From Naegleria gruberi (lineage: Eukaryota), in assembly GCA_000004985.1 (NCBI GenBank), contig GG738911.1: DNA of 64,000 nt, one strand, 5' to 3'. The notes under the pieces are model-generated. The model made no database searches and was not told the DNA's origin. It saw only the letters and a list, made by a program, of their open reading frames with translations. Positions 12,801 through 26,143 of this stretch are shown here, piece by piece. The translations under genes were made by a program, and so were the position numbers. How positions within the stretch are numbered: position 1 is the stretch's first letter; the number at the start of each line of letters is the position of its first letter.

Positions 12801-15800
12801 NNNNNNNNNNNNNNNNNNNNNNNNNNNNNNNNNNNNNNNNNNNNNNNNNNNNNNNNNNNNNNNNNNNNNNNNNNNNNNNNNNNNNNNNNNNNNNNNNNNN
12901 NNNNNNNNNNNNNNNNNNNNNNNNNNNNNNNNNNNNNNNNNNNNNNNNNNNNNNNNNNNNNNNNNNNNNNNNNNNNNNNNNNNNNNNNNNNNNNNNNNNN
13001 NNNNNNNNNNNNNNNNNNNNNNNNNNNNNNNNNNNNNNNNNNNNNNNNNNNNNNNNNNNNNNNNNNNNNNNNNNNNNNNNNNNNNNNNNNNNNNNNNNNN
13101 NNNNNNNNNNNNNNNNNNNNNNNNNNNNNNNNNNNNNNNNNNNNNNNNNNNNNNNNNNNNNNNNNNNNNNNNNNNNNNNNNNNNNNNNNNNNNNNNNNNN
13201 NNNNNNNNNNNNNNNNNNNNNNNNNNNNNNNNNNNNNNNNNNNNNNNNNNNNNNNNNNNNNNNNNNNNNNNNNNNNNNNNNNNNNNNNNNNNNNNNNNNN
13301 NNNNNNNNNNNNNNNNNNNNNNNNNNNNNNNNNNNNNNNNNNNNNNNNNNNNNNNNNNNNNNNNNNNNNNNNNNNNNNNNNNNNNNNNNNNNNNNNNNNN
13401 NNNNNNNNNNNNNNNNNNNNNNNNNNNNNNNNNNNNNNNNNNNNNNNNNNNNNNNNNNNNNNNNNNNNNNNNNNNNNNNNNNNNNNNNNNNNNNNNNNNN
13501 NNNNNNNNNNNNNNNNNNNNNNNNNNNNNNNNNNNNNNNNNNNNNNNNNNNNNNNNNNNNNNNNNNNNNNNNNNNNNNNNNNNNNNNNNNNNNNNNNNNN
13601 NNNNNNNNNNNNNNNNNNNNNNNNNNNNNNNNNNNNNNNNNNNNNNNNNNNNNNNNNNNNNNNNNNNNNNNNNNNNNNNNNNNNNNNNNNNNNNNNNNNN
13701 NNNNNNNNNNNNNNNNNNNNNNNNNNNNNNNNNNNNNNNNNNNNNNNNNNNNNNNNNNNNNNNNNNNNNNNNNNNNNNNNNNNNNNNNNNNNNNNNNNNN
13801 NNNNNNNNNNNNNNNNNNNNNNNNNNNNNNNNNNNNNNNNNNNNNNNNNNNNNNNNNNNNNNNNNNNNNNNNNNNNNNNNNNNNNNNNNNNNNNNNNNNN
13901 NNNNNNNNNNNNNNNNNNNNNNNNNNNNNNNNNNNNNNNNNNNNNNNNNNNNNNNNNNNNNNNNNNNNNNNNNNNNNNNNNNNNNNNNNNNNNNNNNNNN
14001 NNNNNNNNNNNNNNNNNNNNNNNNNNNNNNNNNNNNNNNNNNNNNNNNNNNNNNNNNNNNNNNNNNNNNNNNNNNNNNNNNNNNNNNNNNNNNNNNNNNN
14101 NNNNNNNNNNNNNNNNNNNNNNNNNNNNNNNNNNNNNNNNNNNNNNNNNNNNNNNNNNNNNNNNNNNNNNNNNNNNNNNNNNNNNNNNNNNNNNNNNNNN
14201 NNNNNNNNNNNNNNNNNNNNNNNNNNNNNNNNNNNNNNNNNNNNNNNNNNNNNNNNNNNNNNNNNNNNNNNNNNNNNNNNNNNNNNNNNNNNNNNNNNNN
14301 NNNNNNNNNNNNNNNNNNNNNNNNNNNNNNNNNNNNNNNNNNNNNNNNNNNNNNNNNNNNNNNNNNNNNNNNNNNNNNNNNNNNNNNNNNNNNNNNNNNN
14401 NNNNNNNNNNNNNNNNNNNNNNNNNNNNNNNNNNNNNNNNNNNNNNNNNNNNNNNNNNNNNNNNNNNNNNNNNNNNNNNNNNNNNNNNNNNNNNNNNNNN
14501 NNNNNNNNNNNNNNNNNNNNNNNNNNNNNNNNNNNNNNNNNNNNNNNNNNNNNNNNNNNNNNNNNNNNNNNNNNNNNNNNNNNNNNNNNNNNNNNNNNNN
14601 NNNNNNNNNNNNNNNNNNNNNNNNNNNNNNNNNNNNNNNNNNNNNNNNNNNNNNNNNNNNNNNNNNNNNNNNNNNNNNNNNNNNNNNNNNNNNNNNNNNN
14701 NNNNNNNNNNNNNNNNNNNNNNNNNNNNNNNNNNNNNNNNNNNNNNNNNNNNNNNNNNNNNNNNNNNNNNNNNNNNNNNNNNNNNNNNNNNNNNNNNNNN
14801 NNNNNNNNNNNNNNNNNNNNNNNNNNNNNNNNNNNNNNNNNNNNNNNNNNNNNNNNNNNNNNNNNNNNNNNNNNNNNNNNNNNNNNNNNNNNNNNNNNNN
14901 NNNNNNNNNNNNNNNNNNNNNNNNNNNNNNNNNNNNNNNNNNNNNNNNNNNNNNNNNNNNNNNNNNNNNNNNNNNNNNNNNNNNNNNNNNNNNNNNNNNN
15001 NNNNNNNNNNNNNNNNNNNNNNNNNNNNNNNNNNNNNNNNNNNNNNNNNNNNNNNNNNNNNNNNNNNNNNNNNNNNNNNNNNNNNNNNNNNNNNNNNNNN
15101 NNNNNNNNNNNNNNNNNNNNNNNNNNNNNNNNNNNNNNNNNNNNNNNNNNNNNNNNNNNNNNNNNNNNNNNNNNNNNNNNNNNNNNNNNNNNNNNNNNNN
15201 NNNNNNNNNNNNNNNNNNNNNNNNNNNNNNNNNNNNNNNNNNNNNNNNNNNNNNNNNNNNNNNNNNNNNNNNNNNNNNNNNNNNNNNNNNNNNNNNNNNN
15301 NNNNNNNNNNNNNNNNNNNNNNNNNNNNNNNNNNNNNNNNNNNNNNNNNNNNNNNNNNNNNNNNNNNNNNNNNNNNNNNNNNNNNNNNNNNNNNNNNNNN
15401 NNNNNNNNNNNNNNNNNNNNNNNNNNNNNNNNNNNNNNNNNNNNNNNNNNNNNNNNNNNNNNNNNNNNNNNNNNNNNNNNNNNNNNNNNNNNNNNNNNNN
15501 NNNNNNNNNNNNNNNNNNNNNNNNNNNNNNNNNNNNNNNNNNNNNNNNNNNNNNNNNNNNNNNNNNNNNNNNNNNNNNNNNNNNNNNNNNNNNNNNNNNN
15601 NNNNNNNNNNNNNNNNNNNNNNNNNNNNNNNNNNNNNNNNNNNNNNNNNNNNNNNNNNNNNNNNNNNNNNNNNNNNNNNNNNNNNNNNNNNNNNNNNNNN
15701 NNNNNNNNNNNNNNNNNNNNNNNNNNNNNNNNNNNNNNNNNNNNNNNNNNNNNNNNNNNNNNNNNNNNNNNNNNNNNNNNNNNNNNNNNNNNNNNNNNNN

Positions 15801-18800
15801 NNNNNNNNNNNNNNNNNNNNNNNNNNNNNNNNNNNNNNNNNNNNNNNNNNNNNNNNNNNNNNNNNNNNNNNNNNNNNNNNNNNNNNNNNNNNNNNNNNNN
15901 NNNNNNNNNNNNNNNNNNNNNNNNNNNNNNNNNNNNNNNNNNNNNNNNNNNNNNNNNNNNNNNNNNNNNNNNNNNNNNNNNNNNNNNNNNNNNNNNNNNN
16001 NNNNNNNNNNNNNNNNNNNNNNNNNNNNNNNNNNNNNNNNNNNNNNNNNNNNNNNNNNNNNNNNNNNNNNNNNNNNNNNNNNNNNNNNNNNNNNNNNNNN
16101 NNNNNNNNNNNNNNNNNNNNNNNNNNNNNNNNNNNNNNNNNNNNNNNNNNNNNNNNNNNNNNNNNNNNNNNNNNNNNNNNNNNNNNNNNNNNNNNNNNNN
16201 NNNNNNNNNNNNNNNNNNNNNNNNNNNNNNNNNNNNNNNNNNNNNNNNNNNNNNNNNNNNNNNNNNNNNNNNNNNNNNNNNNNNNNNNNNNNNNNNNNNN
16301 NNNNNNNNNNNNNNNNNNNNNNNNNNNNNNNNNNNNNNNNNNNNNNNNNNNNNNNNNNNNNNNNNNNNNNNNNNNNNNNNNNNNNNNNNNNNNNNNNNNN
16401 NNNNNNNNNNNNNNNNNNNNNNNNNNNNNNNNNNNNNNNNNNNNNNNNNNNNNNNNNNNNNNNNNNNNNNNNNNNNNNNNNNNNNNNNNNNNNNNNNNNN
16501 NNNNNNNNNNNNNNNNNNNNNNNNNNNNNNNNNNNNNNNNNNNNNNNNNNNNNNNNNNNNNNNNNNNNNNNNNNNNNNNNNNNNNNNNNNNNNNNNNNNN
16601 NNNNNNNNNNNNNNNNNNNNNNNNNNNNNNNNNNNNNNNNNNNNNNNNNNNNNNNNNNNNNNNNNNNNNNNNNNNNNNNNNNNNNNNNNNNNNNNNNNNN
16701 NNNNNNNNNNNNNNNNNNNNNNNNNNNNNNNNNNNNNNNNNNNNNNNNNNNNNNNNNNNNNNNNNNNNNNNNNNNNNNNNNNNNNNNNNNNNNNNNNNNN
16801 NNNNNNNNNNNNNNNNNNNNNNNNNNNNNNNNNNNNNNNNNNNNNNNNNNNNNNNNNNNNNNNNNNNNNNNNNNNNNNNNNNNNNNNNNNNNNNNNNNNN
16901 NNNNNNNNNNNNNNNNNNNNNNNNNNNNNNNNNNNNNNNNNNNNNNNNNNNNNNNNNNNNNNNNNNNNNNNNNNNNNNNNNNNNNNNNNNNNNNNNNNNN
17001 NNNNNNNNNNNNNNNNNNNNNNNNNNNNNNNNNNNNNNNNNNNNNNNNNNNNNNNNNNNNNNNNNNNNNNNNNNNNNNNNNNNNNNNNNNNNNNNNNNNN
17101 NNNNNNNNNNNNNNNNNNNNNNNNNNNNNNNNNNNNNNNNNNNNNNNNNNNNNNNNNNNNNNNNNNNNNNNNNNNNNNNNNNNNNNNNNNNNNNNNNNNN
17201 NNNNNNNNNNNNNNNNNNNNNNNNNNNNNNNNNNNNNNNNNNNNNNNNNNNNNNNNNNNNNNNNNNNNNNNNNNNNNNNNNNNNNNNNNNNNNNNNNNNN
17301 NNNNNNNNNNNNNNNNNNNNNNNNNNNNNNNNNNNNNNNNNNNNNNNNNNNNNNNNNNNNNNNNNNNNNNNNNNNNNNNNNNNNNNNNNNNNNNNNNNNN
17401 NNNNNNNNNNNNNNNNNNNNNNNNNNNNNNNNNNNNNNNNNNNNNNNNNNNNNNNNNNNNNNNNNNNNNNNNNNNNNNNNNNNNNNNNNNNNNNNNNNNN
17501 NNNNNNNNNNNNNNNNNNNNNNNNNNNNNNNNNNNNNNNNNNNNNNNNNNNNNNNNNNNNNNNNNNNNNNNNNNNNNNNNNNNNNNNNNNNNNNNNNNNN
17601 NNNNNNNNNNNNNNNNNNNNNNNNNNNNNNNNNNNNNNNNNNNNNNNNNNNNNNNNNNNNNNNNNNNNNNNNNNNNNNNNNNNNNNNNNNNNNNNNNNNN
17701 NNNNNNNNNNNNNNNNNNNNNNNNNNNNNNNNNNNNNNNNNNNNNNNNNNNNNNNNNNNNNNNNNNNNNNNNNNNNNNNNNNNNNNNNNNNNNNNNNNNN
17801 NNNNNNNNNNNNNNNNNNNNNNNNNNNNNNNNNNNNNNNNNNNNNNNNNNNNNNNNNNNNNNNNNNNNNNNNNNNNNNNNNNNNNNNNNNNNNNNNNNNN
17901 NNNNNNNNNNNNNNNNNNNNNNNNNNNNNNNNNNNNNNNNNNNNNNNNNNNNNNNNNNNNNNNNNNNNNNNNNNNNNNNNNNNNNNNNNNNNNNNNNNNN
18001 NNNNNNNNNNNNNNNNNNNNNNNNNNNNNNNNNNNNNNNNNNNNNNNNNNNNNNNNNNNNNNNNNNNNNNNNNNNNNNNNNNNNNNNNNNNNNNNNNNNN
18101 NNNNNNNNNNNNNNNNNNNNNNNNNNNNNNNNNNNNNNNNNNNNNNNNNNNNNNNNNNNNNNNNNNNNNNNNNNNNNNNNNNNNNNNNNNNNNNNNNNNN
18201 NNNNNNNNNNNNNNNNNNNNNNNNNNNNNNNNNNNNNNNNNNNNNNNNNNNNNNNNNNNNNNNNNNNNNNNNNNNNNNNNNNNNNNNNNNNNNNNNNNNN
18301 NNNNNNNNNNNNNNNNNNNNNNNNNNNNNNNNNNNNNNNNNNNNNNNNNNNNNNNNNNNNNNNNNNNNNNNNNNNNNNNNNNNNNNNNNNNNNNNNNNNN
18401 NNNNNNNNNNNNNNNNNNNNNNNNNNNNNNNNNNNNNNNNNNNNNNNNNNNNNNNNNNNNNNNNNNNNNNNNNNNNNNNNNNNNNNNNNNNNNNNNNNNN
18501 NNNNNNNNNNNNNNNNNNNNNNNNNNNNNNNNNNNNNNNNNNNNNNNNNNNNNNNNNNNNNNNNNNNNNNNNNNNNNNNNNNNNNNNNNNNNNNNNNNNN
18601 NNNNNNNNNNNNNNNNNNNNNNNNNNNNNNNNNNNNNNNNNNNNNNNNNNNNNNNNNNNNNNNNNNNNNNNNNNNNNNNNNNNNNNNNNNNNNNNNNNNN
18701 NNNNNNNNNNNNNNNNNNNNNNNNNNNNNNNNNNNNNNNNNNNNNNNNNNNNNNNNNNNNNNNNNNNNNNNNNNNNNNNNNNNNNNNNNNNNNNNNNNNN

Positions 18801-21800
18801 NNNNNNNNNNNNNNNNNNNNNNNNNNNNNNNNNNNNNNNNNNNNNNNNNNNNNNNNNNNNNNNNNNNNNNNNNNNNNNNNNNNNNNNNNNNNNNNNNNNN
18901 NNNNNNNNNNNNNNNNNNNNNNNNNNNNNNNNNNNNNNNNNNNNNNNNNNNNNNNNNNNNNNNNNNNNNNNNNNNNNNNNNNNNNNNNNNNNNNNNNNNN
19001 NNNNNNNNNNNNNNNNNNNNNNNNNNNNNNNNNNNNNNNNNNNNNNNNNNNNNNNNNNNNNNNNNNNNNNNNNNNNNNNNNNNNNNNNNNNNNNNNNNNN
19101 NNNNNNNNNNNNNNNNNNNNNNNNNNNNNNNNNNNNNNNNNNNNNNNNNNNNNNNNNNNNNNNNNNNNNNNNNNNNNNNNNNNNNNNNNNNNNNNNNNNN
19201 NNNNNNNNNNNNNNNNNNNNNNNNNNNNNNNNNNNNNNNNNNNNNNNNNNNNNNNNNNNNNNNNNNNNNNNNNNNNNNNNNNNNNNNNNNNNNNNNNNNN
19301 NNNNNNNNNNNNNNNNNNNNNNNNNNNNNNNNNNNNNNNNNNNNNNNNNNNNNNNNNNNNNNNNNNNNNNNNNNNNNNNNNNNNNNNNNNNNNNNNNNNN
19401 NNNNNNNNNNNNNNNNNNNNNNNNNNNNNNNNNNNNNNNNNNNNNNNNNNNNNNNNNNNNNNNNNNNNNNNNNNNNNNNNNNNNNNNNNNNNNNNNNNNN
19501 NNNNNNNNNNNNNNNNNNNNNNNNNNNNNNNNNNNNNNNNNNNNNNNNNNNNNNNNNNNNNNNNNNNNNNNNNNNNNNNNNNNNNNNNNNNNNNNNNNNN
19601 NNNNNNNNNNNNNNNNNNNNNNNNNNNNNNNNNNNNNNNNNNNNNNNNNNNNNNNNNNNNNNNNNNNNNNNNNNNNNNNNNNNNNNNNNNNNNNNNNNNN
19701 NNNNNNNNNNNNNNNNNNNNNNNNNNNNNNNNNNNNNNNNNNNNNNNNNNNNNNNNNNNNNNNNNNNNNNNNNNNNNNNNNNNNNNNNNNNNNNNNNNNN
19801 NNNNNNNNNNNNNNNNNNNNNNNNNNNNNNNNNNNNNNNNNNNNNNNNNNNNNNNNNNNNNNNNNNNNNNNNNNNNNNNNNNNNNNNNNNNNNNNNNNNN
19901 NNNNNNNNNNNNNNNNNNNNNNNNNNNNNNNNNNNNNNNNNNNNNNNNNNNNNNNNNNNNNNNNNNNNNNNNNNNNNNNNNNNNNNNNNNNNNNNNNNNN
20001 NNNNNNNNNNNNNNNNNNNNNNNNNNNNNNNNNNNNNNNNNNNNNNNNNNNNNNNNNNNNNNNNNNNNNNNNNNNNNNNNNNNNNNNNNNNNNNNNNNNN
20101 NNNNNNNNNNNNNNNNNNNNNNNNNNNNNNNNNNNNNNNNNNNNNNNNNNNNNNNNNNNNNNNNNNNNNNNNNNNNNNNNNNNNNNNNNNNNNNNNNNNN
20201 NNNNNNNNNNNNNNNNNNNNNNNNNNNNNNNNNNNNNNNNNNNNNNNNNNNNNNNNNNNNNNNNNNNNNNNNNNNNNNNNNNNNNNNNNNNNNNNNNNNN
20301 NNNNNNNNNNNNNNNNNNNNNNNNNNNNNNNNNNNNNNNNNNNNNNNNNNNNNNNNNNNNNNNNNNNNNNNNNNNNNNNNNNNNNNNNNNNNNNNNNNNN
20401 NNNNNNNNNNNNNNNNNNNNNNNNNNNNNNNNNNNNNNNNNNNNNNNNNNNNNNNNNNNNNNNNNNNNNNNNNNNNNNNNNNNNNNNNNNNNNNNNNNNN
20501 NNNNNNNNNNNNNNNNNNNNNNNNNNNNNNNNNNNNNNNNNNNNNNNNNNNNNNNNNNNNNNNNNNNNNNNNNNNNNNNNNNNNNNNNNNNNNNNNNNNN
20601 NNNNNNNNNNNNNNNNNNNNNNNNNNNNNNNNNNNNNNNNNNNNNNNNNNNNNNNNNNNNNNNNNNNNNNNNNNNNNNNNNNNNNNNNNNNNNNNNNNNN
20701 NNNNNNNNNNNNNNNNNNNNNNNNNNNNNNNNNNNNNNNNNNNNNNNNNNNNNNNNNNNNNNNNNNNNNNNNNNNNNNNNNNNNNNNNNNNNNNNNNNNN
20801 NNNNNNNNNNNNNNNNNNNNNNNNNNNNNNNNNNNNNNNNNNNNNNNNNNNNNNNNNNNNNNNNNNNNNNNNNNNNNNNNNNNNNNNNNNNNNNNNNNNN
20901 NNNNNNNNNNNNNNNNNNNNNNNNNNNNNNNNNNNNNNNNNNNNNNNNNNNNNNNNNNNNNNNNNNNNNNNNNNNNNNNNNNNNNNNNNNNNNNNNNNNN
21001 NNNNNNNNNNNNNNNNNNNNNNNNNNNNNNNNNNNNNNNNNNNNNNNNNNNNNNNNNNNNNNNNNNNNNNNNNNNNNNNNNNNNNNNNNNNNNNNNNNNN
21101 NNNNNNNNNNNNNNNNNNNNNNNNNNNNNNNNNNNNNNNNNNNNNNNNNNNNNNNNNNNNNNNNNNNNNNNNNNNNNNNNNNNNNNNNNNNNNNNNNNNN
21201 NNNNNNNNNNNNNNNNNNNNNNNNNNNNNNNNNNNNNNNNNNNNNNNNNNNNNNNNNNNNNNNNNNNNNNNNNNNNNNNNNNNNNNNNNNNNNNNNNNNN
21301 NNNNNNNNNNNNNNNNNNNNNNNNNNNNNNNNNNNNNNNNNNNNNNNNNNNNNNNNNNNNNNNNNNNNNNNNNNNNNNNNNNNNNNNNNNNNNNNNNNNN
21401 NNNNNNNNNNNNNNNNNNNNNNNNNNNNNNNNNNNNNNNNNNNNNNNNNNNNNNNNNNNNNNNNNNNNNNNNNNNNNNNNNNNNNNNNNNNNNNNNNNNN
21501 NNNNNNNNNNNNNNNNNNNNNNNNNNNNNNNNNNNNNNNNNNNNNNNNNNNNNNNNNNNNNNNNNNNNNNNNNNNNNNNNNNNNNNNNNNNNNNNNNNNN
21601 NNNNNNNNNNNNNNNNNNNNNNNNNNNNNNNNNNNNNNNNNNNNNNNNNNNNNNNNNNNNNNNNNNNNNNNNNNNNNNNNNNNNNNNNNNNNNNNNNNNN
21701 NNNNNNNNNNNNNNNNNNNNNNNNNNNNNNNNNNNNNNNNNNNNNNNNNNNNNNNNNNNNNNNNNNNNNNNNNNNNNNNNNNNNNNNNNNNNNNNNNNNN

Positions 21801-24800
21801 NNNNNNNNNNNNNNNNNNNNNNNNNNNNNNNNNNNNNNNNNNNNNNNNNNNNNNNNNNNNNNNNNNNNNNNNNNNNNNNNNNNNNNNNNNNNNNNNNNNN
21901 NNNNNNNNNNNNNNNNNNNNNNNNNNNNNNNNNNNNNNNNNNNNNNNNNNNNNNNNNNNNNNNNNNNNNNNNNNNNNNNNNNNNNNNNNNNNNNNNNNNN
22001 NNNNNNNNNNNNNNNNNNNNNNNNNNNNNNNNNNNNNNNNNNNNNNNNNNNNNNNNNNNNNNNNNNNNNNNNNNNNNNNNNNNNNNNNNNNNNNNNNNNN
22101 NNNNNNNNNNNNNNNNNNNNNNNNNNNNNNNNNNNNNNNNNNNNNNNNNNNNNNNNNNNNNNNNNNNNNNNNNNNNNNNNNNNNNNNNNNNNNNNNNNNN
22201 NNNNNNNNNNNNNNNNNNNNNNNNNNNNNNNNNNNNNNNNNNNNNNNNNNNNNNNNNNNNNNNNNNNNNNNNNNNNNNNNNNNNNNNNNNNNNNNNNNNN
22301 NNNNNNNNNNNNNNNNNNNNNNNNNNNNNNNNNNNNNNNNNNNNNNNNNNNNNNNNNNNNNNNNNNNNNNNNNNNNNNNNNNNNNNNNNNNNNNNNNNNN
22401 NNNNNNNNNNNNNNNNNNNNNNNNNNNNNNNNNNNNNNNNNNNNNNNNNNNNNNNNNNNNNNNNNNNNNNNNNNNNNNNNNNNNNNNNNNNNNNNNNNNN
22501 NNNNNNNNNNNNNNNNNNNNNNNNNNNNNNNNNNNNNNNNNNNNNNNNNNNNNNNNNNNNNNNNNNNNNNNNNNNNNNNNNNNNNNNNNNNNNNNNNNNN
22601 NNNNNNNNNNNNNNNNNNNNNNNNNNNNNNNNNNNNNNNNNNNNNNNNNNNNNNNNNNNNNNNNNNNNNNNNNNNNNNNNNNNNNNNNNNNNNNNNNNNN
22701 NNNNNNNNNNNNNNNNNNNNNNNNNNNNNNNNNNNNNNNNNNNNNNNNNNNNNNNNNNNNNNNNNNNNNNNNNNNNNNNNNNNNNNNNNNNNNNNNNNNN
22801 NNNNNNNNNNNNNNNNNNNNNNNNNNNNNNNNNNNNNNNNNNNNNNNNNNNNNNNNNNNNNNNNNNNNNNNNNNNNNNNNNNNNNNNNNNNNNNNNNNNN
22901 NNNNNNNNNNNNNNNNNNNNNNNNNNNNNNNNNNNNNNNNNNNNNNNNNNNNNNNNNNNNNNNNNNNNNNNNNNNNNNNNNNNNNNNNNNNNNNNNNNNN
23001 NNNNNNNNNNNNNNNNNNNNNNNNNNNNNNNNNNNNNNNNNNNNNNNNNNNNNNNNNNNNNNNNNNNNNNNNNNNNNNNNNNNNNNNNNNNNNNNNNNNN
23101 NNNNNNNNNNNNNNNNNNNNNNNNNNNNNNNNNNNNNNNNNNNNNNNNNNNNNNNNNNNNNNNNNNNNNNNNNNNNNNNNNNNNNNNNNNNNNNNNNNNN
23201 NNNNNNNNNNNNNNNNNNNNNNNNNNNNNNNNNNNNNNNNNNNNNNNNNNNNNNNNNNNNNNNNNNNNNNNNNNNNNNNNNNNNNNNNNNNNNNNNNNNN
23301 NNNNNNNNNNNNNNNNNNNNNNNNNNNNNNNNNNNNNNNNNNNNNNNNNNNNNNNNNNNNNNNNNNNNNNNNNNNNNNNNNNNNNNNNNNNNNNNNNNNN
23401 NNNNNNNNNNNNNNNNNNNNNNNNNNNNNNNNNNNNNNNNNNNNNNNNNNNNNNNNNNNNNNNNNNNNNNNNNNNNNNNNNNNNNNNNNNNNNNNNNNNN
23501 NNNNNNNNNNNNNNNNNNNNNNNNNNNNNNNNNNNNNNNNNNNNNNNNNNNNNNNNNNNNNNNNNNNNNNNNNNNNNNNNNNNNNNNNNNNNNNNNNNNN
23601 NNNNNNNNNNNNNNNNNNNNNNNNNNNNNNNNNNNNNNNNNNNNNNNNNNNNNNNNNNNNNNNNNNNNNNNNNNNNNNNNNNNNNNNNNNNNNNNNNNNN
23701 NNNNNNNNNNNNNNNNNNNNNNNNNNNNNNNNNNNNNNNNNNNNNNNNNNNNNNNNNNNNNNNNNNNNNNNNNNNNNNNNNNNNNNNNNNNNNNNNNNNN
23801 NNNNNNNNNNNNNNNNNNNNNNNNNNNNNNNNNNNNNNNNNNNNNNNNNNNNNNNNNNNNNNNNNNNNNNNNNNNNNNNNNNNNNNNNNNNNNNNNNNNN
23901 NNNNNNNNNNNNNNNNNNNNNNNNNNNNNNNNNNNNNNNNNNNNNNNNNNNNNNNNNNNNNNNNNNNNNNNNNNNNNNNNNNNNNNNNNNNNNNNNNNNN
24001 NNNNNNNNNNNNNNNNNNNNNNNNNNNNNNNNNNNNNNNNNNNNNNNNNNNNNNNNNNNNNNNNNNNNNNNNNNNNNNNNNNNNNNNNNNNNNNNNNNNN
24101 NNNNNNNNNNNNNNNNNNNNNNNNNNNNNNNNNNNNNNNNNNNNNNNNNNNNNNNNNNNNNNNNNNNNNNNNNNNNNNNNNNNNNNNNNNNNNNNNNNNN
24201 NNNNNNNNNNNNNNNNNNNNNNNNNNNNNNNNNNNNNNNNNNNNNNNNNNNNNNNNNNNNNNNNNNNNNNNNNNNNNNNNNNNNNNNNNNNNNNNNNNNN
24301 NNNNNNNNNNNNNNNNNNNNNNNNNNNNNNNNNNNNNNNNNNNNNNNNNNNNNNNNNNNNNNNNNNNNNNNNNNNNNNNNNNNNNNNNNNNNNNNNNNNN
24401 NNNNNNNNNNNNNNNNNNNNNNNNNNNNNNNNNNNNNNNNNNNNNNNNNNNNNNNNNNNNNNNNNNNNNNNNNNNNNNNNNNNNNNNNNNNNNNNNNNNN
24501 NNNNNNNNNNNNNNNNNNNNNNNNNNNNNNNNNNNNNNNNNNNNNNNNNNNNNNNNNNNNNNNNNNNNNNNNNNNNNNNNNNNNNNNNNNNNNNNNNNNN
24601 NNNNNNNNNNNNNNNNNNNNNNNNNNNNNNNNNNNNNNNNNNNNNNNNNNNNNNNNNNNNNNNNNNNNNNNNNNNNNNNNNNNNNNNNNNNNNNNNNNNN
24701 NNNNNNNNNNNNNNNNNNNNNNNNNNNNNNNNNNNNNNNNNNNNNNNNNNNNNNNNNNNNNNNNNNNNNNNNNNNNNNNNNNNNNNNNNNNNNNNNNNNN

Positions 24801-25061
24801 NNNNNNNNNNNNNNNNNNNNNNNNNNNNNNNNNNNNNNNNNNNNNNNNNNNNNNNNNNNNNNNNNNNNNNNNNNNNNNNNNNNNNNNNNNNNNNNNNNNN
24901 NNNNNNNNNNNNNNNNNNNNNNNNNNNNNNNNNNNNNNNNNNNNNNNNNNNNNNNNNNNNNNNNNNNNNNNNNNNNNNNNNNNNNNNNNNNNNNNNNNNN
25001 NNNNNNNNNNNNNNNNNNNNNNNNNNNNNNNNNNNNNNNNNNNNNNNNNNNNNNNNNNNNN
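811..25061. other. Assembly gap of 24,251 N.
   Basis: Continuous run of n. The ORF-track 'proteins' of >8000 aa spanning it are artefacts of translating N. Confidence 0.99.
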
Positions 25062-25150
25062 TACAAAATCAAAAACTACTACCAAGAACTTTCTTTTTTA
25101 ATTATTTAAAGGATAGTTTCAAATTTTTAAATTGTTCGGATTCTAGAGGA

Positions 25151-26093
25151 ATGCGTTGGTCTTCTGATATGTTGTGTTTTGCTCAAGATTTATTATCTTC
25201 TATGGGATATAATTTGTATGATGCAATTGGAAGAGGATCAATTGGTAAAGAGAAGTTCCAAACCAATTCCAGTGCTTGTAATTTAATTCTGCCCTGTTCC
25301 ACAACTCTTGACAATCATTTCCATATACCAAATTTCGGATATGGTGATACTTCAATTGACGAAAAGGAATTTGAATTATTCCAATCATCTATGGGTATTT
25401 CTAATACAACCCTTGGTGTTTTACAAGTTGATGCAATGGATTTATTTCCGTGTTTGAGTATTAATACACGTACTGGATTTTTAGTTGGTGCAATACAAGG
25501 ATTAATTCCAATTTCTCAATCAAACACTATCACAGAGGAAATAATTAATAATAACTTTCTAGCTGAAAAGGTAATTCAAACATTATTTTTGGATGTTGAG
25601 GGGAAAATTAGAATACCTGGAAATTTTCAATTTTGTAAATCTGAAACTAGTGAATTGATTGAAAAAGTAGTTGAAAAATTCAAGGAAGTCTATACTGACA
25701 ACATTTGTTGCACTGTTTCTGATGCAGGATCTGCTAATTGGACATATTTTACAAATTTAAAAAGTGAGAAAACTTTTCATCACTTCTGTTACTCTCACTT
25801 GGCTAAAAATATTAGAAATGCTATTGATTCAAAACCCAAACTGTTTCCAATTGAACACAGAAAGATAACAGAACCTAGTATTTTGACTAAGGAAACCTCA
25901 AACACTTATTCTACACACAAAGGTGTATGTCATTTATTTAGAATTCAATTTAAAAAGACAAGTAATATCACCATCCACTTATCAATTGTGATAGAAGATA
26001 AGAAAATTGATATATTCTGGAATAATCGTTCAAATACAACAGTACACAACTACAGTACATTATCTTCCTTTTATTCAGTTAATGATAAAACGT
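25151..26093 (+). CDS. hAT-like DDE transposase fragment. The 3' end is truncated by a gap and the 5' end is uncertain (first ATG after the gap).
   Basis: Open frame of about 314 codons. It contains ...CCTVSDAGSANW...(16 aa)...FCYSHLAKNIRNAID, which resembles the hAT blocks TDNASNM and CxAHxLNL. It lies in a subtelomeric contig. Confidence 0.35.
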
Positions 26094-26143
26094 NNNNNNN
26101 NNNNNNNNNNNNNNNNNNNNNNNNNNNNNNNNNNNNNNNNNNN
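26094..26143. other. Scaffold gap of 50 N.
   Basis: Run of n. Confidence 0.99.
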
